The translations under genes were made by a program, and so were the position numbers. Of a stretch of DNA of 64,000 nucleotides, positions 1 to 13,120 are shown one piece after another. Origin of the DNA: Hypanus sabinus (lineage: Eukaryota). The notes under the pieces were generated by a model, which was not told the origin of the DNA, searched no databases, and saw only the letters and a list, made by a program, of their open reading frames with translations. The stretch is taken from NCBI RefSeq assembly GCF_030144855.1, contig NC_082736.1:10230001-10294000 (forward strand), read 5' to 3'. Within the stretch, counting starts at the first letter, position 1. Each line of letters begins with the position of its first letter.

Positions 1-150
1 AAACTTCTTTCCAGCGAACATTCTGGCCTCAGAGACAGACAGGGACTAGTCCGAGTCTCCGCAGCGTCCGATTTGAATTGGAATCGGCGAGTTTTTGAGG
101 AGAGAGAAGCACAGAAAAATGAAGCTGCCTGGAGCAGAAAGCAGGATGTC

Positions 151-180
151 TCCGCCCAGTCCGCTCGCTGCCTTTAAATT
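151..180 (+). promoter_or_regulatory. H1 proximal promoter (GC box and TATA-like element)
   Basis: TCCGCCC at 151-157 and CCTTTAAATT at 171-180, about 75-100 bp upstream of the H1 ATG. Confidence 0.5.
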
Positions 181-254
181 GCTCTGCGCCGCCGCCTTTC
201 GCTTCATTTCTCATTCAGTTCTGATTGTGAGAAGGATTTATCAGAGTCGCCGAC

Positions 255-917
255 ATGACCGAGACAGCACCCGCCGAAACGGCTCCTCCAGCCGCACCCG
301 CCGCCGCAAAGAAGACTCCCAAGAAGAAGGCGGCTGCCCGGAGCAAACCAACCGGTCCCTCGCTGGGCGAACAGATCGATAAGATCGTGGCGGGTTGTCA
401 CGATAGGAAGGGTATGTCCGGTGCGGCCATCATGAAGGCTCTGGTTGACAGCGGTGTCGATGTGGTGAAACGTCGCCCCCAGATCAAGATGAGCATCAAG
501 AGGAAAGTGGAAAGCGGCTCCTTGGTTCAGATGAAGGGTTCTGGTCTTTCGGGATCCTTTAAATCCGGTAAAGGGAAAAGTGCCGTGAAGGTGGTGAAGA
601 AAGCGAAGAAGCCATCGGCAAAGAAATCTCCAAACAAGAAATCTCCCAGCAAGAAGCCTGGCGCCAAGAAACCAGCGGCTAAAAAAGCGGGAGGTAAGAA
701 ACCAGCGACTAAGAAAGCGGCAGCAAATAAACCCGCGGCTAAGAAAGCGGCAGCTAAGAAACCCGCGGCTAAGAAAGCGGCAGCTAAGAAACCAGCGGCT
801 AAGAAAGCGGCGCCGAAGCCCAAGAGCCCCAAGAAAGCTGCAGCCCCGAAGACGAAGGCGGCCAAGAAGCCGAAGTCGAAATCCGCGAAACCCAAGAAGA
901 CAGCAGTCAAAAAGTGA
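255..917 (+). CDS. H1: Linker histone H1, replication-dependent type, 220 aa
   Basis: MTETAP N-terminus, globular domain ending KGSGLSGSFK, K/A/P-rich tail with SPKK-like motifs; intronless; followed by a histone stem-loop. Confidence 0.97.
   Translation: MTETAPAETAPPAAPAAAKKTPKKKAAARSKPTGPSLGEQIDKIVAGCHDRKGMSGAAIMKALVDSGVDVVKRRPQIKMSIKRKVESGSLVQMKGSGLSGSFKSGKGKSAVKVVKKAKKPSAKKSPNKKSPSKKPGAKKPAAKKAGGKKPATKKAAANKPAAKKAAAKKPAAKKAAAKKPAAKKAAPKPKSPKKAAAPKTKAAKKPKSKSAKPKKTAVKK
666..815 (+). repeat. 5 x 30-bp coding tandem repeat (KKPAAKKAAA-like) in the H1 tail
   Basis: Unit AAGAAACCCGCGGCTAAGAAAGCGGCAGCT repeated five times with few substitutions. Confidence 0.9.
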
Positions 918-954
918 ATTGAGAATCCACCATATGTAACTATCTGAACCCAAC

Positions 955-993
955 GGCTCTTCTCAGAGCCACCCACATCTCAGAAAAGAGCTG
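955..993 (+). terminator. Histone 3' stem-loop and U7-binding HDE of H1
   Basis: GGCTCT-TCTC-AGAGCC (955-970), ACCCA, then AAAAGAGCTG (984-993). Confidence 0.97.
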
Positions 994-1669
994 ATTCAAA
1001 GTGTTGTGATTCCCGTCCCGGGTCTGACTGAGCTTTCCGGGGGAACTTCTCACATAGAACCGGAGATTGACGGTACCTGACATATGGTGCGGCCGTGCCG
1101 AATCAGTGTCTGAAATGAGACACGGATGCCCGAGCTGAGATTGGGAGATAAGGGATGTGGGCAGTTTTTGGCCCAATTCCTTCTCCGATGCCGGGAGAGA
1201 GTGACTGAGACATTGACAGCAGCGGAGATTCAGCTGAGTTGATTGGGAACTGCTGAAACCTACGCGAGAGGGGAGGGGGCGTGTTGAGAGAGGGATCCGT
1301 CTCTGGGACGGACTGCAGCGAGAGGATATATGATAAACTACCCGGTGGCATTGCCGACTGACCTTCATGCAGGCCCCAGCTACAAAACTACATTGTTAAT
1401 TTACACAAAACACCAATAACAAAAATGTACAAGAGAATGAAATCTAATTTAAAAAATCACTATTTCCTGGTAGTCACCGCCCCCCCCCGAAATCCCTCAC
1501 TATACCCCTCGCGTCGGCATGCTCCACTCCAAGCACAGCGGAGACGAACGTATCCCCATGTCCAAAGCAAACAAAACGGTAACAGCCGCACCAGCTGTAC
1601 ATGACAGGTTTGTGGGAGAAGTGAAGGGCCAGATGAGACCCTGACAGGGAGGGAAGCGCGTTAATCTCT

Positions 1670-1837
1670 GGATGCATTCAAGAGAGAGTGAGATAGAGCT
1701 CTTAAAGATAGCGGGGTCAAGGGAGAGGGCAGGAATCGGGTACGGATTGTATATGATCAGCCATGATCACAGCGTATGGCGGTTCTGGCTAGAAGGGCCG
1801 AATGGTCTAATCCTGCACCTACTGTCCATTGTCTATT
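1670..1837 (+). mobile_element. CR1-type LINE/SINE 3' end fragment
   Basis: GATCAGCCATGATC...GAAGGGCCGAATGG...CCTGCACCT tail shared with other CR1 3' ends in the window. Confidence 0.6.
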
Positions 1838-1950
1838 ACTTCCTATCCCTCGCCGAATTACCCTGTCTGCACAGAACTGATGCTCGAGGTCAATTAGTGC
1901 AAAATCGATCGGCAGGGCAGATCGCTACTACAATAATGATGAGCAAGCTA

Positions 1951-1991
1951 CAGCCCTTCCCTTTGCCGTGGTAGTGGCTCTTAAAAGAGCC
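1951..1991 (-). terminator. Histone 3' stem-loop and HDE of H3
   Basis: Minus strand GGCTCT-TTTA-AGAGCC (1991-1976), then purine-rich AAAGGGAAGGGCTG. Confidence 0.95.
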
Positions 1992-2020
1992 TTTTCTGGT
2001 GTTCGGCGTGCAGGCTGGTC

Positions 2021-2720
<700 letters not shown>

Positions 2721-3056
2721 TTTCAGCGCACCCAGCAATGGTGCATGATAAATTTTTATAATTTACAATTAATTCTATCACGGATTATACATTTTCAGTT
2801 TCATTTAATATCTAAATCACTCAGTTAAAATTTGAATGCATAATTACGGAATTGTTCCTCTAAACGAGGGAACTTATTTCTGACCCAGACGGACGGGAAG
2901 ATTAAGATCAATACAAATGCATTCAGCATTTACGGTAATCACCGTCTGTCAAAGCAGAATCGCGGCTAAATTTCAAGCGGAACAGAGAAATCGATTTCAA
3001 ATGTCAATAGATGAATACAGTAGGATCGATAAAAAATAATTAAAAGGTTGTGGACA

Positions 3057-3097
3057 CAGCTCCGTCTGTGAGGCGGTGGGTGGCTCTTAGAAGAGCC
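3057..3097 (-). terminator. Histone 3' stem-loop and HDE of H4
   Basis: Minus strand GGCTCT-TCTA-AGAGCC (3097-3082), ACCCA, then ACGGAGCTG. Confidence 0.95.
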
Positions 3098-3130
3098 TTT
3101 GTGTTGTTCTCGGGAGGAAGTGGGAGTTTT

Positions 3131-3451
<321 letters not shown>

Positions 3452-3496
3452 TCACTCAGGTCGCTGCTCAGTGACAAACCGACTGCTGATGTCTCC

Positions 3497-3552
3497 TTTT
3501 ATACACAGCGCCCCGACCTGCCCGAGAAACGCGCAGAGAGACAGAGGCGGGG
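3497..3552 (-). promoter_or_regulatory. H4 promoter (TATA, CAGGTC site-II-like element, GC box)
   Basis: TATAAAA 3503-3497, CAGGTC 3520-3515, GAGGCGGGG 3544-3552. Confidence 0.7.
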
Positions 3553-3859
3553 AGGGGAGGATACACAGTCAAGAGTGACGGACAGAGCCGAGAGCGGCCT
3601 CTCATCGTCTAGCTCCGCCTTCACTTTATTACGCCCGCCATTATCCGACACAAAGCGCTTCAGCAGAAAAAAAACTCCCTCACACACAACATACAGGCTG
3701 GAGGATTTCTGGAAATTTGCTGATTCGCCTGCTTTAAATTATAGGAAGTGCTTTTCCATTTCGCAAATACCCAAGAGGTCTCTCCCTCCCCGGCCCCATG
3801 ACCAGTGCGAGCGCCCTCACACACAGCAGTTGGTGGCCGAGGGTGCAGTCACTTCCAGT

Positions 3860-5710
3860 GATGAGAGGGTTAATTCATTAGAACGACTATTCCTCTGGGT
3901 CGCGAGGGAAATGAAAGTCCGGTCACACAAAGGAACAGGATACATAGGCAGACACAAGGATATATATACCGTACTTCTGATGTCTTCTAAAGCCCAGGTG
4001 AAGTGGTGGCTAAGGAGCTGGTGCGAGGTGGGTGGGGGCTTCACGTACAAGGATCATTGCGGTCCCGAAGGAAAGGTGAGACAGGTCCAAGGAGGAGGGG
4101 AGCCAATATGTTTTACGGTGACGTTTTTCGTGCTACACCAAAGGGTTTAAATGAGCAGGTATGAGGTCCAACAAAGTGATTTTCAGGAACTAGGTTAAAA
4201 AGCAGGACTTCCAGCATTGTAATTACGGAATTGTGGGTCAAACCTTGTGCTGGTGTGGTGAGGAAGTGACATGCGGTGCAGTTTAATATGTTGCTGAGGA
4301 ACTGATGTAGGAGGGAGGTCTTCAGATTCATGGATCAATGGGCTCCCTTCCAGTCAGGTGGGAGACCGGGACAAACAAGGCCATTTCCATCTGAATCGGA
4401 GGGGAACCAATATCCTCACCAGGATGTTTGATGGTGTTACTTGGTAGAGTTTCAACTGGAATAGCAAGTGGGAGAATGCATGAATGACAAGACAGTCTGA
4501 AAAGAACGAGGGCCAATGTCAGGCTAACAAACATGCTGGGACCGATAGGCTGAAATTAGTTTATTTCAACATTAGGAGTATTATGTTGTCGAACAGACAG
4601 GGCTGACAGCTCAACAATCCTGTGTTTCATTGTTTTACATGTGAGTGGGGTTTAACAAGAGCAGGGGTTACCCCACTGGGAATGTCACAACAAACTGGAA
4701 GGCTCATTTACAGAGGCAATCTACAGTTACACTGATAGGATTATCATACTGGCCCCCAATGACCAGTGCGGGGACTTTTTCTTCCCTAGAATTGATTGGA
4801 ACTTGCTTAATACTTAGATGCACAAGATTTCTTCATTGAATCTGAAGAGTGTTTGAAACATTATGTACAGAGCCCAACCAGAGGAGAGAACAGACAGGAG
4901 GAATTCGTTTTGGGAAATGAGCCAGGCCAGCTGACAGTGAAGAGTCAGTGAATATTCTGGGATCTTATTTTTTTTCTTAGTGATGAGGAAGAATAAAATC
5001 AGATCTTGTATGAAGGTGCTGAATTGCAGGAGGGCAGGTTAGTACGGAGTAAGACAGAAACCACGGGTCATTGATTGGGAGCAGCCACTGTCAGACAAGT
5101 CCACATCTGACATGCGGGAGCTGTTTAAAGACCAGCAGATCCAAGTTAACCAGAGAATGGAAAGGTCAACTCAAGATTAAAGGAAGACTGATGTGGTTGA
5201 AGTCAGACCAAGTGGCTGAGGTACTAAATGAGTATGTTGTGTCAATATTTACTGAGGAAAAGGAACTGAATGTCAATGAAAACAGAGTGGAGCATGCTAA
5301 TATGCAGAGACGTATTGAGATTAAGGAGGAGGTTGTGCTGGGACGTCTGAAAAGCAATAAAATGGATAAGACTCCAGGACCTGAAGGCATATATCCTGCA
5401 ATAGTGAAAGAAGCAAATGCGCAGATTGCTGGCGATTTGACAAGGACCTGTGTGTCCTTGATCACAACATGTGAGTTCCCACAGGACTCGAGTGTCGTAA
5501 ATGTTGCAGTTTTGTTCAAGAAGGGAAATAACAGAAATCCAGGAATCTATCGGCAAGGCAGCCTCATTTCAGTGGCAGAGAACCTACTGGGGAGGATATT
5601 GAGGTACAGGATTTATGCACATTTGGAAAGGCATGGCCTGCTTAGGGACAATCAGCATGGTTTTGTGTGGGCAGATCACACTTGACAAAATTGATCGAGG
5701 TTTTGGAGGT
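3860..5710 (+). mobile_element. Decayed CR1 LINE (ORF1 remnant and ORF2 5' part)
   Basis: ORF 5071-5685 has KTPGPEGIYP, VAVLFKKG, NPGIYRQGSL and QHGFV motifs of CR1 ORF2. Confidence 0.8.
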
Positions 5711-5719
5711 GGTGGTATA

Positions 5720-6285
5720 GACTCTAAGATATAGGATCAGAATTAGGCCCATCAAATCTTCTCTTTCATTTCATCATGGCTAATCCATTTTCTCTCAACT
5801 CCCGAATCTCCTGCCTTCTCCCTGTAACCCTTCATGATCTGACCAATCAAGAATCTACCAACCTCTGCCTGAAATATACATAAAGTCTTGGCTCCACAGC
5901 TGCCCGAGGCAACAAATTCCACAGATTCACCACTCTCTGGCTAAAGAAATTCCTCACCTGCACATTTTACAAGGATGATGCTCTATTCTGAGGCTGTGTC
6001 CTCTGTTCTTAGACACTCCCATTGTCTGCACATCCACTTTATCAAGGCCTTTCACCATTCGATAAGTTTCAATTAGGTCAGCCCTCATTGACCTAAATTC
6101 CAGTGAGTACAGGCCCAGAGCAATCAAACGCTCTTCATATGCCGAGCTGTTTCATCCTGGAGGCAATTTTGAGAATCTCCTTTGAAACACATCCAGTTTC
6201 AGCTCATCCTTCCTAAGATAAAGGGCCCACAAATGCTCATAATACTCCATTGAGACCTCACCAGTACTTCATAAAGTCTGAACAC
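5720..6285 (-). mobile_element. CR1 LINE 3' fragment
   Basis: Reverse complement of the CR1 ORF2 C-terminus and 3' UTR seen elsewhere (e.g. 16500-16930). Confidence 0.75.
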
Positions 6286-6508
6286 TGTTATGATTTGTGC
6301 AGATATTGTGGACTGAAGGCAGGTTGCCATCTGTTCCATATTGTGTACTGACGAATATGTTGGATATTCCAGCTATTGCAGGGACATGGTTACAGAGTCT
6401 TGGACTGGGAATCTGACATTCCTACATGTTTAATGTTCCACACGGAATCGGCAAAATAGAAAGGAGCAGGATGGATTTGTTCATAACGTGCTGGTGAAGG
6501 GGTGGATA

Positions 6509-7908
6509 CAGTGCCATCAAAAGTATTCAGTTCCCTTTAGAGGTTTTCATGTTTATTGTTCTCCAACGTTGATTCACAGTGGATTTAATTTGGCTTTATT
6601 TTCCCACACTGATCAGCAAAATGGACTCTCTGGAGTCAAAGAGAAAAACAGAACTTTACAAAGTGATCCAATTAACTGCAAATATAAAACAAAAAATAAT
6701 TTAATTGCATTGGTATTCACCTCCTTCAAGTCAGTAATTAGTTGATGCACCTTTGTCAGTAATTACCATTGGCTCTGTGTGGATAGGTCCCTATCCGCTT
6801 TGCACATCTGGACACGGAAAATTTTCCCCATTCTTCTTTCCAAAACTGCTGAAGCTCTGTCAGATAGCATGTGGTTCATGAGTGAACAGATCTTTTCAAG
6901 TCCAGCCACAAATTCTCAATTGGATTGAGGTCTGGACTCTGACTTGGCCACTCCAGGACATTAGCTTTGGTTTTAAGTCATTCCTGTGTAGTTTTGGTTT
7001 TATACTTGCGGTCATTCTCCTGCTAGAAAATGAATCTTCTCCTAAGTCACAGTTCACTTGCAGACTGAATTAGGTTTTCCTCCAAGAATTCACTGAATTT
7101 GGCTGCATTCAATTTACCCTCTACTTTTCTGAGCCTTTCAGGGCCTGCTGCAGTGAAAACGCCCACAGCATGATGCAGCCTCCACCAGGCTGGGATGGAG
7201 TGTTTTTGATGCTGTGTGGTGTTCGTCTTGCGCCAAGCTTAGTGTTTAATCTGACGGCCAAAAAGCTCAATTTTGTTTCATCTGTCGATAGAACCTCCAG
7301 GTGAGATTTCATGAAAGCTGTTTTCAACAATGGCTTTCTCTTTGCTACTGTCCCAAAAAGCTGACAGGTGAAGTATCTGGGCAACAGTTGTTGTATACAC
7401 AGCCTCTCCCATCTCAGCCACTGAAGATTGTGATTTCTCTAGAGTTAGCATAGGTCTCTTGGTGGCCTCCCTCACTCGTCCCCTTCTTGCACAGTCACTC
7501 AGTTTTTGAGGATGGCCTCATCCTGGCAGGTTTACCGCTCTGCCATATTCTTTCCATTTCAGGATGAGTGACTTAACTGTACTCCAAGGGATATTCAGTG
7601 ACTTGAAAATTTTCTTGTAACCGTCTCCTGAATTGTGTTTTTCAATTACCTTTTTGCAGAACTACTCAGAGTGTTAATTTGTTTTTATGGTGTAGTTTCT
7701 CCCAGGATACTAACTACCAACAGTCGTGTATTTTTACTACAATCAATTGAAACACCTTGACTCACACAGTGACCTCCACTTAACAGATAATGTAATTCCT
7801 AAAACTACTTGACTGTACCTGTGATGATTTGGGGGTGAATATTTATACAGTCAATTTTTTTGTGTTTTATATCTATAATTAATTTAAAACAATTTATGGA
7901 GATCTGTT
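6509..7908 (-). mobile_element. Decayed Tc1-like DNA transposon
   Basis: TA|CAGTGCC..AAAAGTATTCA terminus at 6509; transposase pieces STDETK, GGGCIMLW and REATKRPMLTL on minus; inner TIR 6661-6727 mirrored at about 7830-7908; right tip missing. Confidence 0.85.
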
Positions 7909-8019
7909 AGGAGTGGTCTCAAGATCCTCAGGTGTTCCTCCCGATGGGATAAAGCACAAAAGGGGAAATATCAAAGAGAGATGAGAATGGAAATGAGATT
8001 GTCATGAGAGATTTAATCG

Positions 8020-9230
8020 GAAGCAGATTGGAGCACCACTACATTGAGTACGTTTGCTCTGTGCGCTGCAACAACCACGATCTGCCAGTGGCAACCCATT
8101 CTAGTTCCATTTCCCATTCATAGACTGACACAGCCTTACAGCTGTCTTAACCCATGGTGGGGTAGTAACAGGGACAATCTGTCACTTCCTATTAATTGCT
8201 GCTTCAAATTGCCTCTGTCAAGCAAGTCCAACTCCTGGCTTTTACATATTGCTTAGCTACAAAGCCCGACAAACTCTTTCTTGTGATGGGGAGGGTCTAA
8301 CTGGGTTTACTGGCATCATATAACTAACTGCTATGGGCAGATGGGGCTTTCACCCACGGTTGGTAGCTCGTCTAGTGGAAGGAAAATTCTGATCTGAAAC
8401 CTCTACTGGCTTGTGGCTAGACCCATTCATGGGAAAGGCTTCGGGAGTAAACCCCGAGGAACAATCCAGAGCTGGATTCCCTGTCGGTCCGATGTTCAAT
8501 GGAGACTGGCAATCCTGTGATACCATTGGTGCCTGACCCCATCGGTCTCTGCCGTTGCTCTGGATTCATCAGAAGTGTTGAGAGCCGAAGCCCCTGCATG
8601 GGTAACAGCTTGCTTTACGTATTGTACTACCCTGGCTTGCAAATTGAATTTCACAGCGAGGGTACAATATCCATGGTCGACCCTGACCCAGCAGAGGGCC
8701 ATCACTACAAAGTCTGTCCATGGCCTCCTCTACTACTACGATGAGGCCAAATACAGGTTAGATGAGCAACATCTCATATTCTGACTGTGTAGCCTCCAAT
8801 CTTGACAGCATGAACATTGATTTTTCCAAATTCTGGAAATCACTACCCTCTATTCCCCCCCCCCTTCCAAACTGCTCCTTTTTTTCTGACTTTTCCCCCA
8901 TTCTGGTGCCATTTAACCCCTTGAATTCTCTTCACACATCTTCATGAGCTGCCCATCAACTCTCTCTGGTTCTCCACCTCCTTTGTGTCATCCCATGGTC
9001 TAACGTTCTGTACTAATGGATTCCTTTCTCTTCTTCTCTTTTCCTTTTCTACCTGTTACCCAGCTCCTCACATCATTATCCCTCCACAAACCACACCCCC
9101 ACACTCACATATCCTCCTCCCCTCCCCCCAACACCTTATTCTGAATTTTGTCCCTTTCTTTCTAATCCCAGTGAAGGTTCTCAGCCTGAAATGTCGACCG
9201 TTTGCTGAGTTCCTCCAGCATTTTGTTGTC
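8020..9230 (+). mobile_element. Penelope-like element 3' fragment interrupted by an approx. 600-bp insertion (8112-8712, possibly RTE 5'UTR-derived)
   Basis: GIY-YIG-end sequence (CCATGGCCTCCTCTACT...GAGCAACATCTCATATTC) and pLTR tail shared with 20680-20800 and 23540-23985; identity of the insert is from recall only. Confidence 0.55.
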
Positions 9231-9269
9231 AGTTTGCTTCAGTCTGTGTATTGATCAAACTGGTACAGT

Positions 9270-12260
9270 TGAAGAGGAATTTGTGGAGTTGCCAGAGACA
9301 GTTTCTTTCAGCAGGATCATACCCAGGAACAGGACATTTCAGATGTAATCTGTGTAATGAGGTGGGAATACAGATAGATCTTGTGGTGAAGGATCTGTGA
9401 AGAAGTGATCACAATGTGGGAGAACTCCAGAGCCTGATTGAGGGTGAACACCAGGGTCCAGAACCAATGTCCTCAACCTAAATAAAGGCAATTACAGTGA
9501 TGTAAAAGTGGGTTGTCTGGGGCAGATAGGGTAAATAGGTGCAGGGACAGGTCAGTGATGAACAGTGGCAATGTTTAAGGAGACTGTTCATAACACTCAG
9601 CAGACATTGATACCAATTAGACAGAGGGATCAGAGACAGCAAAGAATCTTCTGTGCTGAATGGAGTTCAAATGATACATTAAATTAAAGAACATATAAAG
9701 AGGCAAGGGTTGGCGTTAGAAAAGAGGATCGGGATTTTTCCAGGAACCAGTGATGAGACAAAAGCTAAAACTAATAAGGAAAAAGCAGATAAGTTAACTC
9801 AATAATCTGCAGTAGTGTTCCCAATGGGGACACAGCAAACATCCCACAGATATCTAACGATGATATTTCAAAATTGTGCAATAATGTGTAACAATCACTA
9901 TTGTTATGAAGGTACCACAGCTCTGAGGGGCCGAAGGAGCAGGAGCCGCCCCCTCCTTCCGGAGAATCGCAAGATCGCTATTAATTCGGGTCTCGGAAGT
10001 GAGAGACAATGCAATGCTTCTGACCATTGTTCTTAGAGGCACCTGTGTGTCCTTACTACGTGACAGATGCCATGGACATGAACACCCTCGGGACATGTGG
10101 GGGTGGAGATTGCATCCCCCTACTTTGATGGACAGCTACAACTCTGCAAGTAAAGATAGAAGCGGACTGCAGGATGCAGTACCCTAGCGATGCACCAGAA
10201 GAACTTGCTTGCTCAAAGCTCCCTTGAGAGCTGGAAGCCACTCAACTCCTAACACCTTTGCCTGGGGAGCGGGTGGCTGATAATACCGAGAAGGACTTCA
10301 AACTAACAACGGGGAAACCAACGCTCCCCTGGTTTTAACGGAGTGGCTTCATAAAGACACGGGCAAGTTTTCTTTTCGTTTTCACCGAACCCTCTAAAAC
10401 ACGTGAAACCCAACGATTCCTCGAAAGGCTAAAGTCTGCAGACTTCTGAATGACTTTTTATATTTCCAATGGACAAAAATATTATCCCCTAGACAACAGC
10501 CGAGATTACTTCTTAATGATGATTATGACTATACCCGCGCTTTAGATTGAGTATTGGTGATGTGCGTTATCTGAATGTTTGCATTAACCTTACTTTTGTG
10601 CCCCTTTATAAATAAAAACATTTGAAAATAGTGACATCAGACTTCAACGGATCTCTCTATCTTTGCTGGTAAGTTCTCTAGTTACGGGATACATAACACT
10701 ATCAGGAGGGAGGAACTAATGGGATGAAAAGCAAACATTACCAGGTCCCAACAACCTGAACTGGAGGGTTTCACAGGAAGTCTGGAGAGAAAGTAGAGAC
10801 ACTGAGGTCTGTCAAAACTCACTGTTACAGAAAGGTCCCAGTGGAGTTGAAAACCATTGTTGAAGAAGGGTGGAAGAAAGGTGACTGTAGTCCAGTTAAC
10901 TTCACTTCAGCTATTGGTGTCTATAATCTGTGAAGACATAACAAATCATTTAGAAAAGTTTAATGTCATTGAACTAAGGCAAGAGGGTTTACAGTCAGAT
11001 TCACACAGCACAGAAACGAACCCTTCAGCTCAAATGGTCCACGCTGACCAAAGTTCCCATCTGAGCTTGTGGTCAGTATCACCCTCGCCACCACATTATG
11101 AACAAGGTTATCCTCCTCCTTGTCCCATTTCCCTGCATTTGACCCATATCGTTCAAAACATTTCTGATTGGCCAGTTGTTCTCTCCAACAGGATATGGGG
11201 AAGCTTGTGATTAGAATACACGGTAAATGGAGTTTAATGTGTTAAGTGTGATGGCATGTGGTAGGAGGAATCAAAATTCACTACTATTTATGTGGAGATA
11301 AATTGTAAATAAGAGAAATAGAGTGGGGTCGAGGTGTTGCCTGCACAACAAAATAGAGACGGGTGCAGTGAGGGGTTCATAATACCACACATGACGAAGT
11401 TTCAGAGGTGAATGGCTCATGGACATTTATTGCTTGGACATGAGTGCAGAGAAACAGAGAAGTGTTGTTAGTGTCAAACAAACGAACAATGATGGATCTT
11501 GGGAAGTTAAAGCTTGTCAGGACATACCCAGTGAATGGCAGGGTCCTGAGGAGTGTTAATGAAATGATAAACCTGAGGCACAGGTAAATAGTTCCGTGCA
11601 AGTGCCAACACAGGTAGACAAGGTGGTGAAGAAGGTGCACAACATGCATAAATTCATGGCAAAGGCTTTCAGAGGAGTTCGGACATCACATTACAGTTGT
11701 AGAAATCATAATTAAACCACACCAGGAGTAGCCTGTGCAGTTCTGGTCACCAGGAGAGGAAGGATGTGATTAAGGTGCAGAAATGATTCACAGGAATGTT
11801 ACTCGGACTAGGGGCTTGAGTTACAAGGAAAGATGAGACTGAATGGGACTGTTTTCCCTGGAGTGAAGGAGGCTGAGGGGAGAAATGACAGAAGTTTATA
11901 AAACTATGAGAGGTGTAGACAAGGTAGACAGTCAGAATCACCTCCCCAGTGTAGAAGTATCAAATATGAGAAGGCACAGCTTTAAAATGCCAGGGTGAGA
12001 ATTTAAAGGTGGATTTCAGGGCAGGTAAGATTTCTGTTTCCATACAAAGAGTGGTGAGGGCCGGGTTTCGGCTGCCATGGGCAGTGGTGGAAGCAGATAC
12101 GATAATGACACTTAACAGGGTTTTAGATAAGCCATGAATATTCAGAGGATTGAAGCACATGAATTATACATAGGCTGGAGATTTAGTTTCATTTTGCATC
12201 CTCTTCAACACAGACAGAAGAAGGGCCTGTTCCTGTGCTATACTGTTCTGTGTTCTCATT
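9270..12260 (+). mobile_element. Highly decayed CR1 LINE pieces hosting a solo LTR
   Basis: Colinear CR1 ORF2-like remnants on both sides of 9902-10698; CR1 3' tail GAAGGGCCTGTTCCTGTGCT near 12220-12255. Confidence 0.6.
9902..10698 (+). mobile_element. Solo LTR, 797 bp
   Basis: TGTTATG...CATAACA terminal inverted repeat, perfect 4-bp TSD CTAT (9898-9901 and 10699-10702), AATAAA near 10611. Confidence 0.9.
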
Positions 12261-12268
12261 GAGCCTGA

Positions 12269-12650
12269 GTGACTGGGGATTCATTAGCTGGGGTCACAGA
12301 CAGGTGTATCCGTGGCAAGCAGAGAGATTGCAGGATGCTGCATTACCTGCCTGGTACCAGAGCCAAGGATGTAACTGAACAAGTACAGGCCATTCTGAAA
12401 GGGCAGGGTGAGCAGCCAGAGGACGTGTCCATATTGGTTCTAACAAAAGAGACAAAGTCCTGCAAAGAGACTCAGGGAGTTAGGGAAAAAGATAAGTAGA
12501 GTCTCTTGGGGGGGGGGGGGTGATGGGGGTAATCCCAGTGTCACCTGCTACCGAGGGAAGAAATAAAAAGGTGGTACAGTTATATGTGTGGCTAACAAGC
12601 TGGTGCAAGATGGAGGGTTTTAGTTAAATGGATCATTTGAGTTTTTTTTT
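12269..12650 (+). mobile_element. CR1 ORF1 SGNH-esterase fragment
   Basis: GDSL...LPGTRAKDVTEQVQAILKGQGEQPE translation. Confidence 0.7.
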
Positions 12651-12759
12651 CCAGGAGAGGAGATGGGAAGAGTGAAAGGTCACTGGTGGCGTTGACGGAT
12701 GTGGATTAACACAGAAAGTAAGTCCAAATAGACAAATTACAGTGTCTCTGTAGCACAGA

Positions 12760-13120
12760 TAAACAAATATTAGAAGTAAGAGAAAGAATAAAAAGTTACC
12801 ACAAACAGTCTAACATGAGGGGTGTCATCACTTCCCCAGCTACGGGTTGACTCATTACAGAGCCGGGGGTCAGAATGACTTCATACAGCGCTCCTTGGAG
12901 CAGCACAGTGATGTCAGTCTGTTACTGAAGATGCTCCTCTGTTCAGCCAAGGAGGCATGCAGAGGGTGAGAAACATTGTCCAGAATTGCCAGGATATCCA
13001 TTGGATCGTTTGCTCTACCACGGTCTCCAGTGTGTCCAGTTTGACTCCAATAACAGAGTCAGCCATTCTAATCAATTTATTCTCAGATGACATCATCCGT
13101 GTCGATGCCATTGGCCCAGT
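12760..13120 (-). mobile_element. Rex1/Babar-like LINE 3' fragment
   Basis: NKLIRMADSVIGVKLDTLETVVEQ translation. Confidence 0.55.

Noticed and set aside
204-976. 249-aa and 149-aa minus-strand ORFs over H1
   Set aside because: Antisense frames kept open by the repetitive Lys/Ala/Pro codons of H1
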